Source: Desulfurella sp. (lineage in GTDB: Bacteria; Campylobacterota_A; Desulfurellia; Desulfurellales; Desulfurellaceae). Taken from it: a stretch of 10,925 bases of DNA. The notes below the pieces were generated by a model. The model searched no databases and was not told the origin of the DNA. It saw nothing but the letters and a program-made list of their open reading frames with translations. Below are positions 1-7,888 of the stretch, piece by piece (position 1 is the stretch's first letter; every line of letters starts with the position of its first letter). The stretch lies in the NCBI GenBank assembly GCA_031960885.1, contig JAVRLY010000043.1:1-10925 (forward strand), in the 5' to 3' direction. The position numbers and the translations under genes are program-made.

Positions 1-1704
1 AATCAAAGCTTTGGCAGCTTTGATTATTCAAAAAACTTCATCAGAATAGATTCTGGAGATATAAAGGGTTTTAAGACATTTATTTCTGGCTCTCTCACAT
101 ATGGCAATAAATGGAAAGGCAGCGGCACATTTGTGCGCAAAAATGTGATGTTTGGCTTAACAAAGGATTTCAATAATGTGGTTGGTTTAAAATTATTTAT
201 GGGCTACAACAACGATTTTCACAATAACTACATGGGTTTAAACTATAACGATGCTTTAAATGTAAATAACAATTATGGTAAAGACTACAATAATAACCCA
301 AACAGCCCACTCTATTACAATTACAATACAGTAAATACGAGGGATTATTATATCCTACCCACAATAAGCATAAATACTACAAATAACTCTACTTTAGAAT
401 TAAAGCCGTACTTTTGGTCAGTTAGAGGTGATAGTTACTATACGGCTAGCAACAATCAAAATGTTCAAAAGTTTTTGTATAACAGCAATATATTTGGTAT
501 TGTATCAAAATATAATTGGAATTTTGCAAAAGATTATAATCTAACTGTAGGCTACTGGTTTCACAAGCAACAAATGCCAGGACCACCGTATGCTATTGAA
601 AATTATCAATTAAAAAATGGAGGTTTGGCATTTAATAAATGGGCTATCCTTGCAGACCATAACTATCACACTATAAACTCACCATTTATCAATTTAAATG
701 GTAAAATTGGAAAACTCACATTCGATACAGGTTTAAAGTATCTAATGTATAAAACAGCTGCAATCAATGGTTACAATAGCGTGAATAATACAAATGTAGA
801 TCAAGCTCTAAGTTTGGCAACACCAAACCCAAAAGAACATGCAGATTCAAAAATATTTAGAGAGTATTTACCTTATATTGGTCTAAATTACCAATTAAGT
901 GACAGTTTAAATATATATACAAACTATGGCAAAACTTTTGAAGCTCCAAATTTTAATTTATGGCCTTCATACGTTTCGTACTTGCAAACTGCAACACAAA
1001 ATAACATTCCAACACAAAATTTACAATATTTTTGGGACAAATACTTCAATATTACTACAGCAAATAACTATGATATAGGCTTAAGGTATAATAGCGAACA
1101 TTTATTTTTTTATCCAACACTGTTTTATAGCAGAGTAAACAATATCGGAACTTATGTATTTGTTAAAAATGGTCCTCAAAGCTTTACCCCACTGCCAATA
1201 AACAATGCTACAGCAACTTCCTTTGGACTTGAGATATCTGCTGGATATACACCTGTTAAAGACTTATTGCTATTTGTCTCTTATAGTTACAATAGATTTT
1301 ATTATACGCAAAATATCTTATACAACGACCAGATTTTTGATATTAAAGGTCAACAAGTCGTAAATGTTCCTAAAAATATTGTAAAATGTGGCATAACATA
1401 TAAAAGTGACGGTTTTTCAGTTACTCCATACATTAGCTATATTGGCAGACGCTACGGTCAAATAGCGCCTTTTACACAAGAAGTTCCATCTGTTACTTTG
1501 GTAAATTTAAATTTAGATTATGTTTTAAAGAAAATCTGGCAATTTAAAGAAGTGGATTTCAGTTTAAATTTTACTAATTTACTAAACAAGCGATATATTA
1601 GTGTTATTAACTCGCCTAACTCAAATTTTGCCATGTTTAACCAAACTACATACCAAGTTGGTGCACCATTTACTGTAGTTGGCAGTGTATCAATTAAATT
1701 TTAA
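1..1704 (+). CDS. TonB-dependent outer-membrane receptor, beta-barrel part (5'-partial; substrate unknown)
   Basis: The frame is open from base 1 (NQSFGSFDYSKNFIRIDSGDIKGFKTFISGSLTYGNKWKGSGTF), so the GTG at 133 is internal. It has alternating amphipathic beta-strands rich in Y/N/F, TBDR-like segments (LPYIGLNYQLSDSLNIYTNYGKTFEAP, NYDIGLRY, SFGLEISAGY, LNFTNLLNKRY) and a C-terminal Phe (VVGSVSIKF). The plug domain and TonB box lie outside the window. Confidence 0.88.
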   Translation, partial: NQSFGSFDYSKNFIRIDSGDIKGFKTFISGSLTYGNKWKGSGTFVRKNVMFGLTKDFNNVVGLKLFMGYNNDFHNNYMGLNYNDALNVNNNYGKDYNNNPNSPLYYNYNTVNTRDYYILPTISINTTNNSTLELKPYFWSVRGDSYYTASNNQNVQKFLYNSNIFGIVSKYNWNFAKDYNLTVGYWFHKQQMPGPPYAIENYQLKNGGLAFNKWAILADHNYHTINSPFINLNGKIGKLTFDTGLKYLMYKTAAINGYNSVNNTNVDQALSLATPNPKEHADSKIFREYLPYIGLNYQLSDSLNIYTNYGKTFEAPNFNLWPSYVSYLQTATQNNIPTQNLQYFWDKYFNITTANNYDIGLRYNSEHLFFYPTLFYSRVNNIGTYVFVKNGPQSFTPLPINNATATSFGLEISAGYTPVKDLLLFVSYSYNRFYYTQNILYNDQIFDIKGQQVVNVPKNIVKCGITYKSDGFSVTPYISYIGRRYGQIAPFTQEVPSVTLVNLNLDYVLKKIWQFKEVDFSLNFTNLLNKRYISVINSPNSNFAMFNQTTYQVGAPFTVVGSVSIKF

Positions 1705-1733
1705 TGATTAGCTAGTAATTTCACTGTACAAAT

Positions 1734-1773
1734 TGTAGACAAGCAATTGCTTTAGCGCTATTGCTTGTCTACA
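1734..1773. terminator. Perfect 14-bp inverted repeat between convergent genes; probable bidirectional terminator or 3' hairpin
   Basis: TGTAGACAAGCAAT (1734-1747) is the exact reverse complement of ATTGCTTGTCTACA (1760-1773), with a 12-nt spacer. It is centred in the 101-bp gap between two converging stop codons. Neither strand has a good U-tract, so the terminator function is inferred. Confidence 0.6.
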
Positions 1774-1805
1774 TAGTAACTTTACAACACAATTAAAAGA
1801 GCATT

Positions 1806-2390
1806 TTAAAGTATAATTTTAACACCTAATACATCTAGGAATTTTCTTATCCACTCGGGGTGAGCTGGCCACGCTGGTGCTGTTGTTAAGTTTCTATCAA
1901 CATAAGCATTTGAAAACGTTTCATTGGGTTCAAGCCATTTTCCACCCGCTTTTATAATATCTGGCTTTAATGCAGGATATGCTGTTAGTTCATAGCCACT
2001 TACAGCATCCGCTGCAACCAAGATTTGTGGACCGTGACAAATAGCAGCAATAGGTTTTTTGTTTTCATAAAAATGCCTTACAATACTAATTACTTTATCA
2101 TTTAGCCTTATATATTCTGGTGCTCTTCCGCCTGGCAACACAATAGCCTCAAATTCTTCTGGTTTGATACTTTCGAATGTATAGTTTAACATAAAATTAT
2201 GACCGCGTTTTTCAGAGTATGTTTGATCACCTTCAAAATCGTGTATAGCAGTTCGCACAAAATCTCCTGCTTTTTTATTAGGACAAACAGCATAAGTTTC
2301 AAACCCTAGCATTTGGAGCATTTGAAAAGGCACCATTACTTCATAATCTTCCACATAATCTCCAACAAGCAACAGAATTTTTCTTGCCAA
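1806..2390 (-). CDS. DJ-1/PfpI family protein (class I glutamine amidotransferase-like fold), putative glyoxalase III/hydrolase
   Basis: Motifs GDYVEDYE (conserved Glu), LPGGRAPEY and AAICHG (nucleophile-elbow Cys-His). The [20 protein letters not shown] signature matches the subfamily that includes plant DJ-1D. TTG start with AAGGAGGT 5 nt upstream. Confidence 0.93.
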   Translation of the reverse strand: MARKILLLVGDYVEDYEVMVPFQMLQMLGFETYAVCPNKKAGDFVRTAIHDFEGDQTYSEKRGHNFMLNYTFESIKPEEFEAIVLPGGRAPEYIRLNDKVISIVRHFYENKKPIAAICHGPQILVAADAVSGYELTAYPALKPDIIKAGGKWLEPNETFSNAYVDRNLTTAPAWPAHPEWIRKFLDVLGVKIIL

Positions 2391-2395
2391 AGCCC

Positions 2396-2403
2396 ACCTC
2401 CTT
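2396..2403 (-). promoter_or_regulatory. Shine-Dalgarno site of the DJ-1/PfpI gene
   Basis: The minus strand reads AAGGAGGT-GGGCT-TTG. Confidence 0.85.
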
Positions 2404-2410
2404 TTTCAGG

Positions 2411-2438
2411 AAAATAACTCACTTTTTACAACTTTCAA
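2411..2438 (-). promoter_or_regulatory. Possible internal sigma70 promoter for the DJ-1/PfpI gene
   Basis: The minus strand reads TTGAAA (2438-2433), 16 nt, TATTTT (2416-2711 excluded; hexamer at 2416-2411), just upstream of the SD. Weak evidence in AT-rich DNA. Confidence 0.25.
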
Positions 2439-4429
2439 GACATACTTTGTTCTACAGCAAAAGCTATATCAAGCACAGCTACATCTTCTCTTGATGCGTC
2501 TTTTACTCCATCATCAAACATAATCATACAAAATGGACATGCTGTAATAATATTTTGTGCATTTGTGTTGAGGGCTTGCGTTGTTCTTACTTTATTCATA
2601 CGCTCTCCTTCTTCTTCAAGCCACATCATTCCACCGCCAGCACCACAACAAAAGCTATTGCAATGGGAATTTTTCATTTCATGAATGCTTAAACCTGCCT
2701 CAGACAAAATTTGTCTTGGTTGATCATATATATTTGAATGCCTACCCAAATAACAAGAATCATGAAACGTAGCACTCTGGTTTAATTTATTTGTTAGCTT
2801 TATCCTGCCTTCTTTTATAAGCTGTAAAATAAACTGACTGTGGTGCAAAACCTCAAACTCACCACCTAATTTAGGGTACTCATTTTTAAGCGTATAGTAA
2901 CCATGTGGACATGCTGTAACGATCTTTTTTACATTGTAAGCTTTAAAAGTTTCTATGTTTTCTTGAGCTAAATTGTAGAATAAATACTCATTACCAAGCC
3001 GTCTAGCGTTATCACCACAGCATTTTTCCTTTTTACCTAATACAGCAAATTTTACATTGGCTTTTCTAAGCACATTTACAAAACTTCTTGCAATTTTTTT
3101 GCTTCTATCATCAAATGAACTAGCACACCCTACAAAGTAAAGAATTTCTGCATCTGGTTCTTCATCAATAGTTTTAACATCAAGTCCTTTTGCCCAATCT
3201 AGTCTATAATCAGCATTAATACCCCACGGATTAGAATTTGTCTCAATGTTATTAAAAATCGGCACAAGTTTTTCTGGAAATTCTCCTTTAGTTAGCACAG
3301 CATAGCGTTTTAAATCCACCATATCTCTTATGTGTTCATTATTAACAGGACATACATTTTGGCACGCACCACATGTCGTGCACTGCCATAAAGCCTTATC
3401 TGGTATTGTATAGCCATACTCAAAGTAGCCATTTGTGTTTTCACTTGGTAGCTCATTTGTAACAAGCGGTGTAAGCTCATTTTTATTTAATAGATTATGT
3501 GCATTATGAAAAAGGTTTTCTTTTATAGAGAGAATAATTTCTCTTGGCACAAGCACTTTACCTGTATTTGCAGCTGGACATACTTGAGCACATCTACCGC
3601 ATTCTGTGCAAGCATAACCATCAAGCAATTGCTTCCATGTAAGTTCATTAACATTTTGTACACCAAAACTTTCTGCATTTTCATCTTCAAAGTTCAAATC
3701 TCTCAAAGCCATAGAAGGACCTAAATTTGCAAAGTAATTATTCGGTATACCAGCTAAAATATGCAAATGCTTAGAGTTTGGTATAAAATCCAAAAAGCTT
3801 AACAAAATAATCATATGTATCCAAAAAGCAACCTTGTAGGCTACTTCATTGTAAGTATGAATATTGAGCAACTTATACACAATAGCAGCAAAGGGCTCAT
3901 AAGGATTTAGTGAGCCTTCTTTTGCCATATCAAGTGCTGACATATAAAAAAGTGTAAGCACAATGATAGTGATAAAAATAAGTATTAAATATGCGCTAAA
4001 ATGGTAGTTAAGTTTTTTTGGGTGCCAAATAAACCTTCTAGACAATGACATTGCAATGGCAACAAGCACCAAAAAAGCAAATACATCCTCTAAAAAAAGA
4101 TACACTGGGTACAGTGGCCCCAAAAAACTAAAACTAAACGATGGTGCAAAACCTTTAATGATAAGCTCTATTTCCCCAAACAGCAACACTACAAAACCAA
4201 AAAAAATAAGAGCATGCATAATGCCAGCGTAATTGATATCCTTGTCATTTATTTTAAAATGGCACATTTGCAACAGACCATTTTTTATAGCACTATTTAT
4301 GCGCTTTAGAGGATCGCAAAAACGATTTTCTGGCTGTCCAAATTTAAGCAACAAATATAGGTACCTTACTCTGTAAAAAAAATAAATTAAACTTACTAAC
4401 AGTACAATACCAAAAATTAAAGCTTGCAC
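2435..4429 (-). CDS. fadF: Membrane-bound heme b/Fe-S oxidoreductase with two CCG domains (FadF/EtfD/EMO type; probable ETF:menaquinone oxidoreductase)
   Basis: The N-terminal ~230 aa have about 5 hydrophobic helices and candidate heme-ligand His residues (GIMHALIF, FWIHMII, SKHLHI). Two CxxCxxCxxxCP ferredoxin motifs (CTECGRCAQVCP, CTTCGACQNVCP) are followed by two HdrB/D-like CCG domains (C-X34-CC-X35-CPHG and C-X34-CC-X35-CPFC). GTG start with AAGGAGGT SD, and beta-oxidation gene context. Confidence 0.85.
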   Translation of the reverse strand: MQALIFGIVLLVSLIYFFYRVRYLYLLLKFGQPENRFCDPLKRINSAIKNGLLQMCHFKINDKDINYAGIMHALIFFGFVVLLFGEIELIIKGFAPSFSFSFLGPLYPVYLFLEDVFAFLVLVAIAMSLSRRFIWHPKKLNYHFSAYLILIFITIIVLTLFYMSALDMAKEGSLNPYEPFAAIVYKLLNIHTYNEVAYKVAFWIHMIILLSFLDFIPNSKHLHILAGIPNNYFANLGPSMALRDLNFEDENAESFGVQNVNELTWKQLLDGYACTECGRCAQVCPAANTGKVLVPREIILSIKENLFHNAHNLLNKNELTPLVTNELPSENTNGYFEYGYTIPDKALWQCTTCGACQNVCPVNNEHIRDMVDLKRYAVLTKGEFPEKLVPIFNNIETNSNPWGINADYRLDWAKGLDVKTIDEEPDAEILYFVGCASSFDDRSKKIARSFVNVLRKANVKFAVLGKKEKCCGDNARRLGNEYLFYNLAQENIETFKAYNVKKIVTACPHGYYTLKNEYPKLGGEFEVLHHSQFILQLIKEGRIKLTNKLNQSATFHDSCYLGRHSNIYDQPRQILSEAGLSIHEMKNSHCNSFCCGAGGGMMWLEEEGERMNKVRTTQALNTNAQNIITACPFCMIMFDDGVKDASREDVAVLDIAFAVEQSMS
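2534..2919. repeat. 14-nt direct repeat TGGACATGCTGTAA at 2534-2547 and 2906-2919
   Basis: Both copies encode the TACP motif of the two CCG domains, so the repeat reflects the internal domain duplication. Confidence 0.7.
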
Positions 4430-4432
4430 TTT

Positions 4433-4440
4433 ACCTCCTT
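4433..4440 (-). promoter_or_regulatory. Shine-Dalgarno site of the Fe-S oxidoreductase gene
   Basis: The minus strand reads AAGGAGGT-AAA-GTG within the 16-nt gap after the icmF stop. Confidence 0.8.
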
Positions 4441-4445
4441 AAATT

Positions 4446-7400
4446 TTACATATTTCTTCTATACTTTCCGCCAACTTCAAACAGTGCATTTGTGATTTGT
4501 CCAAGAGAGGCATATTTCACTGTTTCCATTAATTCAGCAAATATATTGCCATTGTTTTGTGCTACATATTTTAGTTTATCAAGGCACTGCTTTGAAAATG
4601 CTTCATTGCGTTTTTGAAAAGCTATTAAATTGTTTAATTGCCATTTTTTTTCTTCTTCTGTTGACCTTGAAAGTTCAATCTTATCTTCTTGTATGTACTT
4701 GTCATTGACAAATGTGTTTACACCAATGATGGGCAACTCGCCTGTGTTTTTTAATCGTTCGTAATATAATGATTCTTCCTGTATTTTGTTTCTTTGATAC
4801 CTAGATTCCATAGCCCCAAGCACACCGCCCCTTTTCGACAATCTTTCAAATTCATTTAGCACTTCTTCTTCAACTAAATCTGTGAGCTCTTCTATAATAT
4901 AACAACCTTGAAGTGGGTTTTCGTTTTTCGCCATACCAAATTCACTGTTTATGATCATTTGTATAGCCAAAGCCCTTCTAACGGACTCTTCTGTAGGCGT
5001 AGTGATGGCTTCATCATAAGCATTTGTATGAAGCGAGTTGCAGTTATCATAAATAGCAGTTAAAGCTTGAAGCGTGGTTCTTATATCATTAAATGCTATT
5101 TCCATAGCATGAAGTGATCTACCTGATGTTTGAATATGATACTTTAGTTTCTGACTGCGCTCGTTGGCAAGATACTTGTTTTTCATTGCAATTGCCCAAA
5201 TACGGCGTGCTACACGACCTATTACGGAGTATTCTATATCAAGTCCATTTGAAAAAAAGAATGATAAATTTGGCGCAAAATCATCAACCTTCATGCCACG
5301 AGACAAATAATACTCTACATAAGTAAACCCATTAGCCAATGTAAATGCAAGTTGCGTTATAGGGTTTGCACCAGCTTCTGCTATGTGGTAACCAGATATT
5401 GAAACAGAATAATAGTTCTTCACAGACATATCAATAAAGTATTGCTGTATATCGCCCATTAATTTAAGTGAAAAATCCGTAGAAAACAAACACGTATTTT
5501 GCGCTTGGTCTTCTTTTAATATATCTGCTTGGACCGTTCCACGCACTACATTGAGCGTGTATTTTTTTATCTCTTCATAGGTTGATTTATCTACCACTAA
5601 ATCACCACTTATACCAAGCAAACCTAAGCCTAAATGTTCTTCATCTGAAACATTAACACCAAAATTTTTATTATAGACAGGACAATCTACATTGAGTTTT
5701 TTGTAGTAATCTTTAATTTTATCTTGTGCATACCCCCATTTGCTATTTTCTTTTAAGTATTTTTCAACTTGCTGATCAATTGCGGCATTAAAAAACATTG
5801 CAAGCATCATAGGCGCTGGACCATTTATTGTCATAGAAACAGATGTATTGGGATTACACAAATCAAAACCGCTGTAGAGTTTTTTTGCATCATCAACGGT
5901 TGCAATTGATACGCCAGCATTTCCAATTTTGCCATAAATATCTGGTCTTATATCTGGATCTTGCCCATATAGTGTAATAGAATCAAAAGCAGTTGAGAGC
6001 CTACTAAAAGGTTGACCCGCAGAGAGATAGTGAAATCTTTTATTTGTTCGCTCTGGTGTGCCTTCGCCAGCAAACATCCTTGTTGGTTTTTCATCTTGCC
6101 TCTTAAGAGGAAATACGCCTGCTGTAAATGGAAATTTACCAGGCACATTTTCTAGTAGTTGAAACTTTACAATTTCACCATAATCATTAGTTTTTGGCAA
6201 AGATATTTTTGGTATTTTGTTGCCTGATAAAGTCTTTGTTGTAAGCTCATACTTGATTTCTCTATCTCTAATTTTTGAAACAAGGAAATCTTTCTTATAC
6301 ATTTCTTTTAAACTATTCCAATTTTCTATAAGTCTTATAGTTTGTGTTTCAAGTTTTGCATGTATCTGCTTAATTTCTTCAGTTATTACATTAAGAGCTT
6401 TTTCTAAACTCTCCCTTCTTGCATGTTCGTCAACTTTAGAATCCTCAAAATCTGATTCTTCATTTGCATCAATTGATGAATTTAGCTGAGATTGCAAAAT
6501 TTTTTTTGTCTCTTCAAACACATATAAATTAGAAGCTAGTTTGATTTGTTCATTTGCTTTGCTTTTATATTCTCTAATGTTAGAAACAATCTCACTTAAA
6601 TATCTAAAACGGTGGGGTGGTATTAAAAAATTTACTGAAATATCGCTTATGGGTTCAAAAACTTTTTCATTTTCAATGTTGACCAATTGCATTAATTTGT
6701 AGAAAAGATAGTTTGTGCCCGGATCGTTGAAATTTGAAGCTACTGTATGATATACGGGCATTTCTTCTAGTTTTTTATCAAATAGTTTGTGGTTGCGCAT
6801 GTATTGTTTTCTTACTTCATATAAGGCATCTTCTGCATTTTCTTTATCATACTTATTTATAACTACAACGTCGGCGTAATCAAGCATATTAATCTTTTCA
6901 AGCTGCAATGCTGCACCATACTCTGGTGTCATTACATATACATTGAAGTCAGCAATATCAATCACAGCTATATCGCTTTGGCCAATTCCAGCAGTTTCTA
7001 ATATTACCAAATCAAAACCACACATTTTGTATAAATCTATAACCTTTTGTGTAGCCTTTGATATAGACATATTTGAACTTCTAGTTGCCATAGAGCGCAT
7101 ATAAGCATTTTTATGCGGTAGAGAATTCATCCTAATCCTATCACCAAGTAAAGCGCCTTTGCTTTTCTTTGTAGGATCAACAGCTAGCACACCAATTTTT
7201 TTATCTTGGTAGTGATTTATAAATCGTCTAATCAACTCATCAATCAAAGACGATTTTCCAGCACCACCAGAACCGCTAAAACCAAGCACTGGCGTACTCT
7301 TAGAAAGCTTCTGGAAATACTTCTGAAATATTTCTTCATGATATGACAACCATCTATCTTCTGTGATAAGTTTTTCAATCAAGCTTATGGCTTTTGGCAG

Positions 7401-7874
7401 AGTTTTGGGCAGTTCGCTCAAATATTCTTCAAATTTTTCTTCATCGTATGGTAAAAAATCGCTTTTTTCAAGCATAAAATCTACCATTCCTTCTAAGCCC
7501 ATCTGCATACCATCTTGAGGTGAAAAAATTTTGCAAATACCGTAGTCTTGTAATTCTTTAATCTCGGAAGGGACAATAACGCCCCCTCCGCCGCCAAAAA
7601 TATTGATGTATTCAGATTTATTTTCCTTTAACAAGTCATACATATATTTGAAAAATTCAATATGACCCCCTTGATATGATGTCACTGCAATAGCGTTTGC
7701 ATCTTCTTCAAGTGCAGTTTGAATGATTTCATAAGCGCTGCGGTTATGGCCCAAATGAATAACTTCAGCACCTGAATCTTGCATTATTCTTCTAAAAATA
7801 TTAATAGATGCATCATGGCCATCAAAAAGGCTAGTTGCTGTGACAACCCTAATGTTATTTTTGGCCAAATACAT
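4446..7874 (-). CDS. icmF: Fused isobutyryl-CoA mutase / MeaI GTPase chaperone (adenosylcobalamin-dependent)
   Basis: Diagnostic domain order. First an N-terminal B12-binding domain (SLFDGHDASIN, VTSYQGGH, GGGGG). Then a MeaB-like SIMIBI GTPase (GSGGAGKSS, AVDPT, GDRIRMN, ETAGIGQSD, NKYD). Then a linker and the mutase TIM barrel (RMFAGEG, RLSTAFD, VSMTING, GTVQADILKEDQAQNTC, SISGYHIAEAG). ATG start with AAGGAGG SD. Confidence 0.96.
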   Translation of the reverse strand: MYLAKNNIRVVTATSLFDGHDASINIFRRIMQDSGAEVIHLGHNRSAYEIIQTALEEDANAIAVTSYQGGHIEFFKYMYDLLKENKSEYINIFGGGGGVIVPSEIKELQDYGICKIFSPQDGMQMGLEGMVDFMLEKSDFLPYDEEKFEEYLSELPKTLPKAISLIEKLITEDRWLSYHEEIFQKYFQKLSKSTPVLGFSGSGGAGKSSLIDELIRRFINHYQDKKIGVLAVDPTKKSKGALLGDRIRMNSLPHKNAYMRSMATRSSNMSISKATQKVIDLYKMCGFDLVILETAGIGQSDIAVIDIADFNVYVMTPEYGAALQLEKINMLDYADVVVINKYDKENAEDALYEVRKQYMRNHKLFDKKLEEMPVYHTVASNFNDPGTNYLFYKLMQLVNIENEKVFEPISDISVNFLIPPHRFRYLSEIVSNIREYKSKANEQIKLASNLYVFEETKKILQSQLNSSIDANEESDFEDSKVDEHARRESLEKALNVITEEIKQIHAKLETQTIRLIENWNSLKEMYKKDFLVSKIRDREIKYELTTKTLSGNKIPKISLPKTNDYGEIVKFQLLENVPGKFPFTAGVFPLKRQDEKPTRMFAGEGTPERTNKRFHYLSAGQPFSRLSTAFDSITLYGQDPDIRPDIYGKIGNAGVSIATVDDAKKLYSGFDLCNPNTSVSMTINGPAPMMLAMFFNAAIDQQVEKYLKENSKWGYAQDKIKDYYKKLNVDCPVYNKNFGVNVSDEEHLGLGLLGISGDLVVDKSTYEEIKKYTLNVVRGTVQADILKEDQAQNTCLFSTDFSLKLMGDIQQYFIDMSVKNYYSVSISGYHIAEAGANPITQLAFTLANGFTYVEYYLSRGMKVDDFAPNLSFFFSNGLDIEYSVIGRVARRIWAIAMKNKYLANERSQKLKYHIQTSGRSLHAMEIAFNDIRTTLQALTAIYDNCNSLHTNAYDEAITTPTEESVRRALAIQMIINSEFGMAKNENPLQGCYIIEELTDLVEEEVLNEFERLSKRGGVLGAMESRYQRNKIQEESLYYERLKNTGELPIIGVNTFVNDKYIQEDKIELSRSTEEEKKWQLNNLIAFQKRNEAFSKQCLDKLKYVAQNNGNIFAELMETVKYASLGQITNALFEVGGKYRRNM

Positions 7875-7888
7875 AAAATCCTCCTTAT

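Noticed and set aside
133..135. GTG start of the 523-aa ORF
   Set aside because: The frame is open back to base 1 and no signal peptide or plug domain follows, so the gene starts before the window.
202..327. AAC/AAT-rich stretch as a tandem repeat or CRISPR-like array
   Set aside because: There is no fixed repeat unit or spacer periodicity; Asn/Tyr codons in the receptor explain it.
1..1704. Receptor gene as a horizontally acquired low-GC island
   Set aside because: It looks somewhat more AT-rich by eye, but Asn/Tyr/Phe-rich composition can explain that, and no mobility genes or att sites are visible.
2581..3724. Short + strand ORFs 2581-2772 and 3497-3724
   Set aside because: They are antisense to the well-supported Fe-S oxidoreductase gene and have no recognisable motifs.
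2435..4429. True heterodisulfide reductase or selenoprotein
   Set aside because: There is no in-frame TGA before the end of the complete second CCG domain, and the context is fatty-acid metabolism rather than CoM/CoB or DsrC chemistry.
5114..6489. Short ORFs 5114-5326 (+), 5948-6148 (-) and 6217-6489 (+)
   Set aside because: They are shadow or alternate-frame ORFs inside intact icmF with no recognisable protein features.
4199..6507. A8/T8 homopolymers (4199-4206, 4375-4382, 4644-4651, 6500-6507) as phase-variation tracts
   Set aside because: Such runs are expected in AT-rich DNA, arise from Phe/Lys/Ile-type codons, and all frames are intact.
4446..7874. Novel triple-domain fusion, or methylmalonyl-CoA mutase
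   Set aside because: The B12-GTPase-mutase fusion is the known IcmF architecture, and the active-site Phe/Gln residues argue against MCM.
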